A stretch of DNA of 64,000 nt. It comes from Synechococcales cyanobacterium. Its GTDB lineage: Bacteria > Cyanobacteriota > Cyanobacteriia > CAKZMO01. Position numbers and translations under genes: made by a program. Location of the stretch: assembly GCA_035285585.1 (NCBI GenBank), contig JAYKGU010000107.1, positions 2,864 to 66,863 on the forward strand. Direction: 5' to 3'. Shown piece after piece: positions 1 through 10,467 of this stretch. Each line of letters starts with the position of its first letter. Position 1 is the stretch's first letter. Below the pieces are notes generated by a model. The model searched no databases and was not told the origin of the DNA. It worked only from the letters and a program-made list of their open reading frames with translations.

Positions 1-261
1 CAGGGGGGCATCAGCAACGGTGAAGCAATTCTGATTCGGGTGGCGTTTAAGCCCACCGCCACGATTCGCAAAGAGCAGCGCACGGTGACGCGGGACGGGG
101 AGGAAACCCAGTTGGCCGCTAAGGGTCGCCACGACCCCTGCGTGCTGCCACGGGCAGTGCCGATGGTGGAAGCAATGATGGCCCTGGTGCTCTGTGACCA
201 TCTGCTGCGTCACCACGGACAGTGTCGAGTTTTGCCTGAGGATCGTGAATTAACTCTTTAG
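1..261 (+). CDS. aroC: Chorismate synthase, 3' part (runs off the left edge)
   Basis: Frame 1 reads [22 protein letters not shown]...[18 protein letters not shown]; GGISNG, FKPT and RHDPC are AroC signatures. Confidence 0.95.
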   Translation, partial: QGGISNGEAILIRVAFKPTATIRKEQRTVTRDGEETQLAAKGRHDPCVLPRAVPMVEAMMALVLCDHLLRHHGQCRVLPEDRELTL

Positions 262-278
262 CAGAGAGGACAAACGAA

Positions 279-863
279 ATGGTATTGACGGCTTCAACCA
301 TGATGGACTTGGGTACCCAGGCCCCCGACTTTAGTCTGCCGGACGTGGTGTCGGGGCAGACCATTTCTCTGGCGACATTTGCCGACCAAAAGGCCCTGCT
401 GGTGATGTTCATCTGCCGCCACTGCCCCTTTGTTAAACACATTCGGGTAGAGCTGGTGCGGCTGGGACAGGACTATGGCGATCGCCCCATCGGCATTGTG
501 GCCATCAGCGCCAACGACGCCAACCACTACCCCGACGACGCCCCCGATCGCCTTAAAGAAATGGCGGAGGAGCTGAATCTGGCATTTCCTGTCTGCTACG
601 ACGATTCCCAGGAAGTGGCCAAAGCCTACACCGCCGCCTGCACTCCAGATTTCTTTCTATTTAATGGCGATCGCACCCTGGTCTACCGGGGACAGTTGGA
701 CGACAGCCGCCCCAGCAATGACCGTCCCGTCACGGGGGCCGACCTGCGGGCCGCCATGGATGCCGTCCTGGCCGATCAGCCCGTGCCGTCTGACCAAAAG
801 CCCAGCATCGGCTGCAACATTAAGTGGAAGCCAGGGAACGAACCCAGCTACTTCGGGGCATAG
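279..863 (+). CDS. Thioredoxin-fold AhpC/TSA (redoxin) family protein
   Basis: APDFSLPD, CRHCPFV (CxxC), SAND...YPDD, AACTPDFF, SIGCNIKW; GAGGA RBS upstream. Confidence 0.9.
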   Translation: MVLTASTMMDLGTQAPDFSLPDVVSGQTISLATFADQKALLVMFICRHCPFVKHIRVELVRLGQDYGDRPIGIVAISANDANHYPDDAPDRLKEMAEELNLAFPVCYDDSQEVAKAYTAACTPDFFLFNGDRTLVYRGQLDDSRPSNDRPVTGADLRAAMDAVLADQPVPSDQKPSIGCNIKWKPGNEPSYFGA

Positions 864-1254
864 GGCAAAATTCGGGAGTGCTTCCTGATTGGCCCGCACC
901 CTCAGGTCAGGCTAAAGGACTGTCCCTGGCAGAAGGAAAAAACGAGTTGTTAAGTAATCTAAAATTTTCTAAATTTATCTGAACGAATTACTCTGATTGT
1001 ATTGTTTTGTTAAACGGGCGGAAAGCCTTTCCCATCCAGCACTCAACGGCTATATAGCCTGCTGACGGCGGTTGAAGCACCCAGGAAACGCTAAGGTGTG
1101 CAAACTTAACTCGCGAATATTGTAGTGAGCGGGCACAATAATAGGATGTTGCCTCCCATCGCACTGGCGGTTCAGTTCCGACAGATTCGGCCCGACTTCA
1201 GAAAAGCTTCAATCGCGAGGAAGGTTTTCATCAACCGGTTGATTGAGGATTTGC

Positions 1255-3444
1255 ATGCCAGCCAAAGCGTCTCACCCCCTCTGCCTCAGCCTTGAGCAAG
1301 CCATCGATCGGCGACCGCTAACCGTGTCTGCCAGTGCGCCGCTGACGGAGGCGATCGCCATGGCGGGCAAAGCCCAGAGTAGCTGTCCGCTACCCAGTTT
1401 GGACGGTTCGGCTCAGGGGCTGCTTACCAGTCAGGCCCGCGCCCATACCCTGCTGGTGGAAGAGGCCGGGCAGTTGGTGGGGGTGCTAGATCAGCCCTAT
1501 CTCCTGCGGATCATCGCCTCAGCCCAAGCTCGCGCCGATACGATTGTGCGGCAGGTGATGCGGCCACCAGCGGCCACCTGGGTTGACCGGGGTGAAAACG
1601 ACCTCTTTGAGGCGATCGCCCTGATGCAGCAGCAGCACATTCACTCCCTGCCTGTTTTGAATGACCTGGGGCGGCAGGTGGGCATCATCACCCCCGCCAG
1701 TCTGCGCCATCTGCTGCCGCTGGACGAGTTGCTGAAATGCTCTCCCCTGGCCAGTTTGAAGGGAAAGCCTGTGATCTGGGGGCAGGCGACGACCAGCGTT
1801 GCCGCCCTGGCCCAGCAGATGGTGGAACAGAAAGTTGCTGCTGCCGCGATCGCCATGACGGCGGACAATGGCCAGGCTCCCGTAGGCTTGGTGCTGGCCC
1901 AGGACATTATCCAACTCTCCCAAATGGGGGTCGATTTAACCCAAATTCAGGCCCAGCAGATTATGGGGGAGGTGCTGCGGTTCCCTTCGTCAGAAACGAT
2001 TTTGGTGGCTCACTGGACGATGCAGCAGCACCACTGCCCCTACGCCCTGGTGTTTAATGGCGAAAGCGATCCAGTGCTGATTTCCCTGACCAGTTTTGTT
2101 CAAGATCTGGCGGTGGAAGATATGCAGTCAAGCATCCACCAGCTTCAGGCATCGATTCAATCCTTTGCTACCGAGGGCGATCGCCCCCTGTCCCAGGAGT
2201 CTCAAAGCCTGACGGCCAAGCTACTGGATAACCCCACCGAGTTTTTGGAGCAGATTGAATCCATTCGGCTGCTGTCAGCGATCGCGCTGCACATTCGGGA
2301 ATCCCTCAATCTACAGGAAATTTTACAGACAGCAGTGGACGATGTACGCACCTCCCTGCACACCGACCGCGTCCTCATCTACCAGTTCAACCCCGACATG
2401 AGCGGTACCGTGGCGGTGGAATCGGTGGCCGAGGGCTGGCGGCCCGCCCTCAGCAGCACCCTGAAGGATACCTGCTTTGCCCAAAACTACGCCCACGCCT
2501 ATCGGGAAGGGCGCATCCAGGTGACGGAAGACATCTACACCGCTGGGCTGACCCAGTGCCACATTGACATCCTGGCGCTGTTTGACGTGCGGGCCAGCCT
2601 GATCGTGCCCGTGCTCCAGGGCGACCACCTGTGGGGGCTGCTCTGTGCCTATCACTGTGCGGGGCCGCGCCACTGGCGATCGTTTGAGATTGACCTGCTG
2701 CAGCAGTTGGCCACCCACATGGCGATCGCCATTCAGCAGTCAGAACTTTATGAGCAGCTCCAGATGGAGCTAACGGAGCGGCGGCGGGCGGAGGAGCAGA
2801 TCAAAGCTTCCCTCAAAGAAAAAGAAGTGTTGCTTAAGGAGGTTCACCACCGGGTTAAAAATAATCTGCAGGTTATTTCCAGCGTGCTGCGGCTCCAGTC
2901 AGATTTCATTAAAGACGACAAGGTGCTGGCCCTGTTTCGCGATAGCCAGCATCGGATTCGCTCGATGGCGCTTATCCACGAAAAGCTCTACCAGTCCACC
3001 GACCTGCTGCGTATTAATTTCGCTGAGTATGTGCGCGATTTAACCGATCCCCTGTTTCAATCCTACGGGGCGATCGCCCAAAACATCACCCGACAGATTC
3101 GAGCTGATAATATTTGGTTTAATATCGATACGGCTATCCCTTGCGGTTTAATTATCAATGAGCTAGTTTCGAATTCCCTCAAGCATGCCTTTAAAGATCA
3201 CCGGGAGCATAACCAGATAGGCATTAATATTTTCCCATTACCCGATGGTCAGTTCTCGCTGGTTGTCAGTGACAATGGAAGTGGCTTTCCCGCTGATATC
3301 GACTTCCGCAATACTGAATCCCTCGGTTTGGAGCTAGTCTGTATTTTTACCGAGCAGTTGGGGGGCGATATCGAGTTAAGCCGCGACCATGGCACCACGT
3401 TCACGATTATTTTTGCGGAGATCGAGCCGACAGGAAGGGTTTGA
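1255..3444 (+). CDS. CBS-domain + cyanobacteriochrome GAF + HisKA_2-type sensor histidine kinase
   Basis: N-terminal CBS-like repeats (HSLPVLNDLGRQVGIIT); GAF with DTCF and QCH; EKEVLLKEVHHRVKNNLQ H-box; NELVSNSLKHAF, DNGSG, SLGL. Confidence 0.9.
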   Translation: MPAKASHPLCLSLEQAIDRRPLTVSASAPLTEAIAMAGKAQSSCPLPSLDGSAQGLLTSQARAHTLLVEEAGQLVGVLDQPYLLRIIASAQARADTIVRQVMRPPAATWVDRGENDLFEAIALMQQQHIHSLPVLNDLGRQVGIITPASLRHLLPLDELLKCSPLASLKGKPVIWGQATTSVAALAQQMVEQKVAAAAIAMTADNGQAPVGLVLAQDIIQLSQMGVDLTQIQAQQIMGEVLRFPSSETILVAHWTMQQHHCPYALVFNGESDPVLISLTSFVQDLAVEDMQSSIHQLQASIQSFATEGDRPLSQESQSLTAKLLDNPTEFLEQIESIRLLSAIALHIRESLNLQEILQTAVDDVRTSLHTDRVLIYQFNPDMSGTVAVESVAEGWRPALSSTLKDTCFAQNYAHAYREGRIQVTEDIYTAGLTQCHIDILALFDVRASLIVPVLQGDHLWGLLCAYHCAGPRHWRSFEIDLLQQLATHMAIAIQQSELYEQLQMELTERRRAEEQIKASLKEKEVLLKEVHHRVKNNLQVISSVLRLQSDFIKDDKVLALFRDSQHRIRSMALIHEKLYQSTDLLRINFAEYVRDLTDPLFQSYGAIAQNITRQIRADNIWFNIDTAIPCGLIINELVSNSLKHAFKDHREHNQIGINIFPLPDGQFSLVVSDNGSGFPADIDFRNTESLGLELVCIFTEQLGGDIELSRDHGTTFTIIFAEIEPTGRV

Positions 3445-4589
3445 AACTGATGGCTGGCAAGAAAATTTTAGTCGTTGAAGATGAACGCGTCGTAGCCAGG
3501 GACATTGAAAAGCGACTGAAAAAATTGGGCTACGCGATCGCCGCATCGGTTTCGACGGGGCAGGACGCGATTGTTGCAGCGGCAGAGCACCACCCAGATT
3601 TGATTCTGATGGATATCCGGTTGAAGGGCGACATGGATGGGGTGGAGGCTGCCGAGCAGATTCGCAGTCAGCAGGATATTCCCATTATTTACCTGACGGC
3701 CTATGCCGATGAAACCACCCTGCAGCGGGCCAAAATTACCGAACCGTTCGGCTACATCATCAAGCCCTTTGACGAAAAGGACCTGCATGTGGCGATCGAA
3801 GTAGCCCTCCGTCGCCGCCTTGCAGAGTTAGCCGTGCAGGTGGCCCTGGAGAAGGAGAAGGAGCTGAGCGAACTCAAGTCGCGCTTCTGGTCGATGGTGG
3901 CCCACGAGTTTCGCAACCCCATGTCGGTGATTCTGTCCTACGCCCAAATTTTAGAAACCCACGGCCATGAGCTGCCCGACAGCCAAAAGCAGGAGTATTT
4001 ACGTACCATTCAACGCGACATCCGAGCCATGGATCGACTGCTCTCCGATGTCCTGGCTATCAGTCGGGTGGAGGGCGACCACCTGAGCTTTAAGCCAGAA
4101 GTAATAGATTTGGCCCTGTTCTGTCAGGATCTGGTGCAGGAGATGCAGTTTAGCTGGGGTCGGAGCCACCAGATTATTTTCAACGCCCAAAATGAGTGCG
4201 ACAATCCCTGCTTTGATGCCAATTTGCTCTGGCACATCCTCAGCAATCTGCTGGCGAATGCCATGAAATACTCCCCGGATGGCAGCACTATCTACTTCAA
4301 TCTCACCTACCACGATGAGGTGGCCATTATTCAAATCAGGGACTTTGGCATTGGCATCCCTCTAGAAGCTCAGGAATCTATGTTTGACCCCTTTTATCGG
4401 GCCGACAACGTAGGCGACATCAGCGGCACGGGCTTGGGGCTGACCATGGTGAAAAAGTGCCTGGATCTCCATGGAGGCAGCATCTCAGTCAGCAGCCAGC
4501 TAGCCGTAGGCACCACGTTTACCGTCTCCATTGCGGCGAGCGATCGCTGCAGTCTGGTTAACAGCCAATCCAAAAACTTCCCATCCTGA
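3441..4589 (+). CDS. Hybrid receiver-histidine kinase
   Basis: ILVVEDE..DLILMDI..KPF receiver; AHEFRNP H-box; NAMKYS, DFGIGI, GTGLGL; overlaps the upstream stop (start could be the ATG at 3450). Confidence 0.9.
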   Translation: MKLMAGKKILVVEDERVVARDIEKRLKKLGYAIAASVSTGQDAIVAAAEHHPDLILMDIRLKGDMDGVEAAEQIRSQQDIPIIYLTAYADETTLQRAKITEPFGYIIKPFDEKDLHVAIEVALRRRLAELAVQVALEKEKELSELKSRFWSMVAHEFRNPMSVILSYAQILETHGHELPDSQKQEYLRTIQRDIRAMDRLLSDVLAISRVEGDHLSFKPEVIDLALFCQDLVQEMQFSWGRSHQIIFNAQNECDNPCFDANLLWHILSNLLANAMKYSPDGSTIYFNLTYHDEVAIIQIRDFGIGIPLEAQESMFDPFYRADNVGDISGTGLGLTMVKKCLDLHGGSISVSSQLAVGTTFTVSIAASDRCSLVNSQSKNFPS

Positions 4590-4640
4590 GTCTTAAAAAG
4601 ATTACTTTTTTGGGATATGCCCCCGGCGAGGGGCACACCT

Positions 4641-4922
4641 GGGTGTCAACTGAGGTGATTCGGGGAAAAAATTAACCCCCGGTTAGGTTGGCAGAAACAA
4701 ATGGTCATTTGCTCCTACGTCGTCGGGTAGGATTGTTTTCGGAAATCACCTCCTACCTTAAGGCAGGACAGCGGGGTGCGGCGCTCCCCCAGTTTTCTAA
4801 GATATAGCGCTACGCGTGCGCGTTAGGACGTTCAAGAAGTGTGGAACCCCCGCGTTGCGGGGGTTCCACACTCAAACCTTAGCCCGTAGGGCTATACATG
4901 AATTTAATTGTGCTGACCTGCT
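4641..4922. mobile_element. Nested mosaic of short dispersed repeats/MITE-like elements
   Basis: GGGTGTCAACT end (family A), GAGGTGATT...AATCACCTC element (family B), TATAGCGCTACG...CGTAGGGCTATA element with an internal hairpin, and CATGAATTTAATTGTGCTGACCT end (family C); A, B and C match copies elsewhere in the window. Confidence 0.7.
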
Positions 4923-5010
4923 CGATTCAGGCTGGGAGATGATAAGCGATCGCAAAGACAGACCTTAAAAAATTCAATCATAGATCTTTTGAATCTTTTT
5001 AGATTTGGAG

Positions 5011-5042
5011 TATGCTACAGGTAATGATAGACATTTATCGAT
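5011..5042 (+). promoter_or_regulatory. Putative ndhF3 promoter (-10 TATGCT) with an NdhR/CcmR-like operator
   Basis: TATGCT at 5011-5016; ATAG-ACATTTAT-CGAT at 5027-5042 is one mismatch from the ATAG-N8-CTAT LysR box; ndhF3 operons are NdhR-repressed in model cyanobacteria. Confidence 0.4.
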
Positions 5043-5133
5043 AATTTCCTCCCAGCTATAGACTCAAGTCAATACCAAAGCAGGGGCGGGGGTTTCTTGC
5101 TGCTGAATGGTTGCCGGTTTGTAGGACATCCAT

Positions 5134-6993
5134 ATGATTCACGTTTTTGCTCAAAGTGCCTGGCTAATTCCGTGCTATCCGCTGGTGGGCATGGTTCTGT
5201 CAATCTTCTGGTTTCCGTCGCTGGCCCGACGCACGGGGCCACGTCCATCGGGCTATATCAATCTAATCATGACGGCGATCGCCTTTGTGCACGCCGCTTT
5301 TGCCTTTGCTGGGGTCTGGCACCAACCAGCCCAATTCATTGACCTACCCTGGCTACAGGTCGCTGGTTTAGACCTCACCCTGCCGCTGCAGGTTTCCGCC
5401 GTGACCCTTGGTGCCATTCTTTTGGTCACTGGAATTAACCTGATGGCTCAACTCTATGCCGTCGGCTACCTGGAGATGGACTGGGGATGGGCGCGGTTTT
5501 ACGCACTGCTGGCGCTATTTGAGGCGGGTATGTGTGGGCTGGCGCTCTGCAACTCGCTGTTCTTCAGCTACATGATTCTGGAAGTTCTCACCCTGGGTAC
5601 CTACTTGCTGATTGGCTTCTGGTTCAACCAGTCGCTGGTGGTCACCGGGGCGCGGGACGCCTTCCTCACCAAGCGGGTGGGGGATCTATTTCTGCTGATG
5701 GGGGTGCTGGCGATCTATCCCCTGGCCGGTACCTGGGACTTTGATGGGCTGGCCCAGTGGGCACAAACGGCGACCGTCAATCCCACCCTGATCACCCTGG
5801 TGGGGCTGGCGTTGATTGCAGGGCCGATGGGCAAATGCGCCCAGTTTCCCCTGCACCTCTGGCTGGACGAAGCCATGGAGGGGCCATACCCCAGTACGGT
5901 GCTGCGAAATTCCGTAGTGGTGGCCACGGGGGCCTGGGTGCTAATCAAGCTGGAGCCGGTGCTGGCTCTTTCGCCCACGGTTTTGACGACAATGATTGCC
6001 ATTGGGTCGATTACGGCCCTGGGGGGTACGTTGATTGCGATCGCCCAAGTTGACGTCAAGCGGGCGCTGTCTTACCTCACTAGCGCTTACATGGGGGTGG
6101 TGTTCATTGCGGTGGGAGCGCAGCAGGTTGATGCCGCGTTCCTGGTACTGCTCACCCACGCCCTGGCAGTGTCGGCCATGCTCATGAGTACGGGTTCCAT
6201 TGTGCTGAACAGCATCAGCCAGGATTTGACCAAGCTGGGGGGGCTGTGGAGCCGCCGCCCCGTGTCAGGTCTGGCCTTTTTATCGGGGGCCTGTGGGCTG
6301 ATTGCGCTGCCGCCCCTGGGGGGATTTTGGGCCATGCTCAAGCTGATGGATGGGGTGTGGGCCACGCGCCCTGTTATTGCCGGTCTGCTGCTGGCGGTGA
6401 ATGCGTTGGCGGCCTTTGGCGTAACCCGCATCTTTTGTTTGATCTTTGGCAATCGCCCCCAGCAAATGTCGGAGCGATCGCCCGAAAACCTCTGGCCGGT
6501 GACGCTGCCCATGGTAATCCTGGCATCCATGACCCTGCACCTGCCGCTGATTCTACAAAGCCTTTCCCTCCTGCCCTCCTGGGCTATGCTCAACAAAGAT
6601 GTGGCGCTACTGCTCATCTGGTCCAGCATCTTTGGATGCAGCCTCAGTGCCATCGCCTACCTGGGGCCAATGGCCAAGCCCATCCGCCTGCCCTGGAAGC
6701 CAATTCAAGACTTGCTCGCCTATGATTTCTACACGCCCCGGATTTACCGTTCCAGCATCGTGGGCGGGGTGGATATCCTATCGCGCATTGTGGACTGGGG
6801 CGATCGCTACCTGGTAGATGGCCTGGTCAATCTGGTGGGCGTTGCTTCCATCTTTGGTGGCGAAACATTGAAGTATGGCAATACGGGCAAGACCCAGTTC
6901 TATGTACTGACCATTGCCGTGGGACTGGTGGTGATTGCAATTCTGACGACCTGGTCGATTCTGGCCAATCTTTCTATCGTCATCGGCGGTTAA
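5134..6993 (+). CDS. ndhF3: NAD(P)H-quinone oxidoreductase subunit F3 (high-affinity CO2 uptake)
   Basis: GYLEMDWGWARFY, KCAQFPLHLWLDEAMEGP, WSRRPVSG; first gene of the F3-D3-cupA-cupS operon. Confidence 0.93.
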   Translation: MIHVFAQSAWLIPCYPLVGMVLSIFWFPSLARRTGPRPSGYINLIMTAIAFVHAAFAFAGVWHQPAQFIDLPWLQVAGLDLTLPLQVSAVTLGAILLVTGINLMAQLYAVGYLEMDWGWARFYALLALFEAGMCGLALCNSLFFSYMILEVLTLGTYLLIGFWFNQSLVVTGARDAFLTKRVGDLFLLMGVLAIYPLAGTWDFDGLAQWAQTATVNPTLITLVGLALIAGPMGKCAQFPLHLWLDEAMEGPYPSTVLRNSVVVATGAWVLIKLEPVLALSPTVLTTMIAIGSITALGGTLIAIAQVDVKRALSYLTSAYMGVVFIAVGAQQVDAAFLVLLTHALAVSAMLMSTGSIVLNSISQDLTKLGGLWSRRPVSGLAFLSGACGLIALPPLGGFWAMLKLMDGVWATRPVIAGLLLAVNALAAFGVTRIFCLIFGNRPQQMSERSPENLWPVTLPMVILASMTLHLPLILQSLSLLPSWAMLNKDVALLLIWSSIFGCSLSAIAYLGPMAKPIRLPWKPIQDLLAYDFYTPRIYRSSIVGGVDILSRIVDWGDRYLVDGLVNLVGVASIFGGETLKYGNTGKTQFYVLTIAVGLVVIAILTTWSILANLSIVIGG

Positions 6994-7014
6994 GCCCCTG
7001 CCTGTCCCAACTGT

Positions 7015-7056
7015 GATTGCAAAGGGAGATTGCAAAGGGAGATTGCAAAGGCAATC
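7015..7056. repeat. 13-bp tandem repeat GATTGCAAAGGGA x3, last copy forming a hairpin
   Basis: gattgcaaaggga gattgcaaaggga gattgcaaaggcaatc between ndhF3 and ndhD3. Confidence 0.8.
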
Positions 7057-7107
7057 GGCTTTCACCCCTATCGAGAAACTGTCATTTATTCAAATCAAAC
7101 CCAACCC

Positions 7108-8622
7108 ATGCTGAGCATATTGATTTGGCTGCCCATAATTGGCGCATTGATCATTGGCTTTCTGCCCCAGTCCTTATCAACTAAGCAGGTGCGCCGGTCA
7201 GCCCTGTGGCTATCGGGCGGGCTACTTCTGTGGACCCTGTGGCTGGCGAGCCGCTTTGATTTGACCAATCCCGGTCTGCAAATGCAGGAGTATCTCCCCT
7301 GGATTGAATCCCTGGGGTTAAACTATCGCCTGGGAATTGATGGCCTTGCCCTGGTACTGCTGCTGCTCAATGCTTTGCTCACCTGGATTGCCGTATTTAG
7401 CAGCCGCGAGGATACGGCCCGCCCCCGACTGTTCTATGCCCTGGTTCTACTGGTCAGCGGCGGCGTGGCGGGGGCGTTTATGGCCCAGAACCTCCTCCTG
7501 TTCTTCCTGTTTTATGAGCTGGAGCTGGTGCCTTTCTACCTGCTAATTTCCATTTGGGGCGGCACCCAGCGCGGCTATGCGGCGGTCAAGTTCTTGATTT
7601 ATACAGCAGTGTCGGGGGCGCTGATTCTGGCGGCCTTCCTGGGGCTGGTATGGCTGACCGGCTCATCGACCTTCGCCTACAGTGCCCTGATGGGTCACCC
7701 TCTGCCCATTGAGGTCCAGTTCTTGCTACTGGGTGCTTTGCTGGTGGGCTTTGGCATCAAGATTCCCCTGGTGCCGTTTCACACCTGGTTGCCGGATACC
7801 TATGTGGCGGCGTCGGCTCCGGTGGCGCTGCTGCTGGGCGGCGTACTGGCAAAGCTGGGGGCTTATGGAATCTTTCGCTTTGGTATGGGCCTGTTTCCCG
7901 ATGCCTGGGCGGCCCTGGCTCCCTGGCTGGCCACCTGGGCGGCGGTGAGCGTACTCTATGGGGCCATGGCGGCGATCGCCCAAAAGGATATCAAGCGCAT
8001 GGTGGCCTATAGTTCCGTGGGACACATGGGCTACATCCTGCTGGCGGGAGCCTCGATGACGGCCCTTAGCTTTGTTGGAGCAGTCTCCCAAATGGCGGCC
8101 CACGGCCTGATTTTGGCAATTCTATTTCATCTCGTGGGACTGGTGGAGCTAAAGGTTGGTACCCGTGACTTGAATGTCCTCAACGGTTTGCTCAACCCGA
8201 TTCGCGGCTTGCCGACGATCAGCGCTCTGCTGGTTTTGGGAGGCATGGCCAGTGCGGGAATTCCAGGTCTGGCGGGCTTTGTGGCGGAATTTCTGATCTT
8301 TCAGGGCAGCTATGCGGTGTTTCCCATTCAAACCCTCCTGTGCGTGGTGGGTACGGGCTTGACGGCAGTGTACTTTGTCATTCTGCTGAACCGCACCTGC
8401 TTTGGCAAGCTGGACAATGCGATCGCCTATTTCCCCAAGGTCGAATGGAGCGAACGCACGCCCGCTCTGGTTCTGGCGTGGTTGATCTTTTTCCTGGGCA
8501 TTCAGCCCACCTGGCTGGTGCGCTGGAGTGAGGCCACGGCCACTAATTTGATCGCCTCTATTTCAACAGAAACGGTGGCGACAACCGTGGTTGAATCTCA
8601 AGAAATAGCACCAAACCCGTAG
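7108..8622 (+). CDS. ndhD3: NAD(P)H-quinone oxidoreductase subunit D3
   Basis: MLSILIWLP start; FFLFYELELVPFY, KIPLVPFHTWLPD, DIKRMVAYSSVGHMG, NRTCFGKL. Confidence 0.93.
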   Translation: MLSILIWLPIIGALIIGFLPQSLSTKQVRRSALWLSGGLLLWTLWLASRFDLTNPGLQMQEYLPWIESLGLNYRLGIDGLALVLLLLNALLTWIAVFSSREDTARPRLFYALVLLVSGGVAGAFMAQNLLLFFLFYELELVPFYLLISIWGGTQRGYAAVKFLIYTAVSGALILAAFLGLVWLTGSSTFAYSALMGHPLPIEVQFLLLGALLVGFGIKIPLVPFHTWLPDTYVAASAPVALLLGGVLAKLGAYGIFRFGMGLFPDAWAALAPWLATWAAVSVLYGAMAAIAQKDIKRMVAYSSVGHMGYILLAGASMTALSFVGAVSQMAAHGLILAILFHLVGLVELKVGTRDLNVLNGLLNPIRGLPTISALLVLGGMASAGIPGLAGFVAEFLIFQGSYAVFPIQTLLCVVGTGLTAVYFVILLNRTCFGKLDNAIAYFPKVEWSERTPALVLAWLIFFLGIQPTWLVRWSEATATNLIASISTETVATTVVESQEIAPNP

Positions 8623-8673
8623 GGGCAAAGCATTTCGCCCCTAAGCATAACCAATGTTTTTCTGATTAATGCC

Positions 8674-9987
8674 ATGACTGCAACCACCCTTCCCCAAACT
8701 CCAACTTCAAAAATTCCCCCTTCACAACATCCCTTTGCCGAGGTGATTCATCGGCTGGAAGCGGGCGGTTCCATGCTGCCCGATACACCTGAAAACCTCA
8801 TGCAAATCATCGGCATCTACAAAGCCTATGCGGTGCCGATGGACTTTTACTGGCGCGATTTGCTCTACATTGCGGAGCAAGTATTCCTCGATCCGTTTCC
8901 TTTCTTCAAATACTTCATTCCCAAAGAGTATCTGGATCGCCACAACCACTATGCAGGGGATGATGCCGACCTGCGTATCTGGCGGGGAGAGGCCACGGCT
9001 CACCCGGAACTGCTGGCTTTTATGGAAAAAGGGGAGGTCAATCGCCAGCTACCCAAGCTCTTTCACCATCTGTGGCACGATCGCGTCAATATGGAGTTTG
9101 CGGAAGCCTGTATGCGGGCCATGCTCTGGCATCGGCACATGTACGCGCCGGTAAACCAGTTTGATGCCTACCTGGATTCGGAGGAATATAAGGCAAATTG
9201 CGATCGCGCCATCCGGGCCTATTTCCGGAAAAACCCGGTGATGCTAGGACTATACAAAGTCTTTCCGGAAATGTTCATTGAGAAGGTGAGGGAACTGTCC
9301 TACTACTCCAACCTGGGGCTGTTTTGGGAAGTGATGGCTCCGGTGTTTTTTGAAATGTCGGACATTTACGATGAAGGGGGGTTCAAAGGGGTGCCCGATG
9401 CCATGAATTTTCTGGTGAACGGGATTTTTGCGATCGCCGGTCGCCCCATCTACCACCACCTCTATGTGGATGGAGAGTGCTATGAAATCATTCCCAAATC
9501 CAAGGGCTTTACCTGGCTCTATGAAGCAGCTCTGCCCTATGTGGAGGCAGTGTTTTATCGGACGGCTCCTTTCCGGGGCACCAAGTCCTACAATGCCCAG
9601 GCGGGGCAGGTTCCAGAGGATCAAAAAGACTTTCACTACGGTATTCTCTATGCCGATGTCTTCCCTGTAGGTACCGCTGGCATTCCCCCCACGCTGCTGA
9701 TGCAGGATATGCTCCACTTCCTCCCCCCCTACCTGCAGGACTACTACAAACATCACGCCCGTGGAAACGACGATGTGCTGATTCAATTGGGAATTACCTT
9801 TCAGCGCTCGATGTACAACGTCACTTCGGCGGTGATTCAGGCTTTGCGCACGGCTTTGCTGTATCCCCTGGATGACCCCAATCCCAAACACCTGATGGCC
9901 AACCGCAAGTTTTTTGAAGCCCAGATGGATCGCTTCCTCCGTCCCGAAGCTCGTCTGCGGGATATTCAAAGTCAGAACTATCGCTAA
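8674..9987 (+). CDS. cupA: CO2 hydration protein CupA (ChpY)
   Basis: IHRLEAGGSMLPDTPENLMQIIGIYKAYAVPMDFYW, HLWHDRVNMEFAEACM, FRGTKSYNAQAGQVP. Confidence 0.95.
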   Translation: MTATTLPQTPTSKIPPSQHPFAEVIHRLEAGGSMLPDTPENLMQIIGIYKAYAVPMDFYWRDLLYIAEQVFLDPFPFFKYFIPKEYLDRHNHYAGDDADLRIWRGEATAHPELLAFMEKGEVNRQLPKLFHHLWHDRVNMEFAEACMRAMLWHRHMYAPVNQFDAYLDSEEYKANCDRAIRAYFRKNPVMLGLYKVFPEMFIEKVRELSYYSNLGLFWEVMAPVFFEMSDIYDEGGFKGVPDAMNFLVNGIFAIAGRPIYHHLYVDGECYEIIPKSKGFTWLYEAALPYVEAVFYRTAPFRGTKSYNAQAGQVPEDQKDFHYGILYADVFPVGTAGIPPTLLMQDMLHFLPPYLQDYYKHHARGNDDVLIQLGITFQRSMYNVTSAVIQALRTALLYPLDDPNPKHLMANRKFFEAQMDRFLRPEARLRDIQSQNYR

Positions 9988-10020
9988 AGTTGCTGGAACC
10001 ACTCCGCTAGAGGAATTCAA

Positions 10021-10422
10021 ATGCCAGACATTGTTGATATTGCCGTTAGTACAGAAGGCTTTTCCACCCTTGTGGCTGCCGTCAAAGCCGCTGATTTGGT
10101 GGACGTCCTTAAAAGTGATGGCCCCTTTACGGTGTTTGCGCCCACCGATGATGCCTTTGCCAAGCTACCGCCCGGTACCATTCAAACCCTGGTGCAAAAC
10201 CCACCCCAGTTGGCCCGTATCCTCACGTATCATGTCGTTCCTGGCAAGTTGATGAGGTCCGATCTGGTGGGCAAGGATCACCTGGTATCGGTGGAAGGCT
10301 CAACCATTCGCCTCGACCTGTCGGATAACTTTGAGGTGAAGAATGCCACCGTGGTCATGCCCGACGTTGAAGCAGACAACGGCGTCATTCACGTCATTGA
10401 CAACGTTATTTTGATGGGTTGA
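10021..10422 (+). CDS. cupS: Fasciclin-domain protein CupS
   Basis: [30 protein letters not shown]; position after cupA; GAGGA RBS. Confidence 0.9.
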   Translation: MPDIVDIAVSTEGFSTLVAAVKAADLVDVLKSDGPFTVFAPTDDAFAKLPPGTIQTLVQNPPQLARILTYHVVPGKLMRSDLVGKDHLVSVEGSTIRLDLSDNFEVKNATVVMPDVEADNGVIHVIDNVILMG

Positions 10423-10467
10423 CTGGATCTGGTAGGGTGGGCACCTGCCCACCTTTCATGCCTCTTT

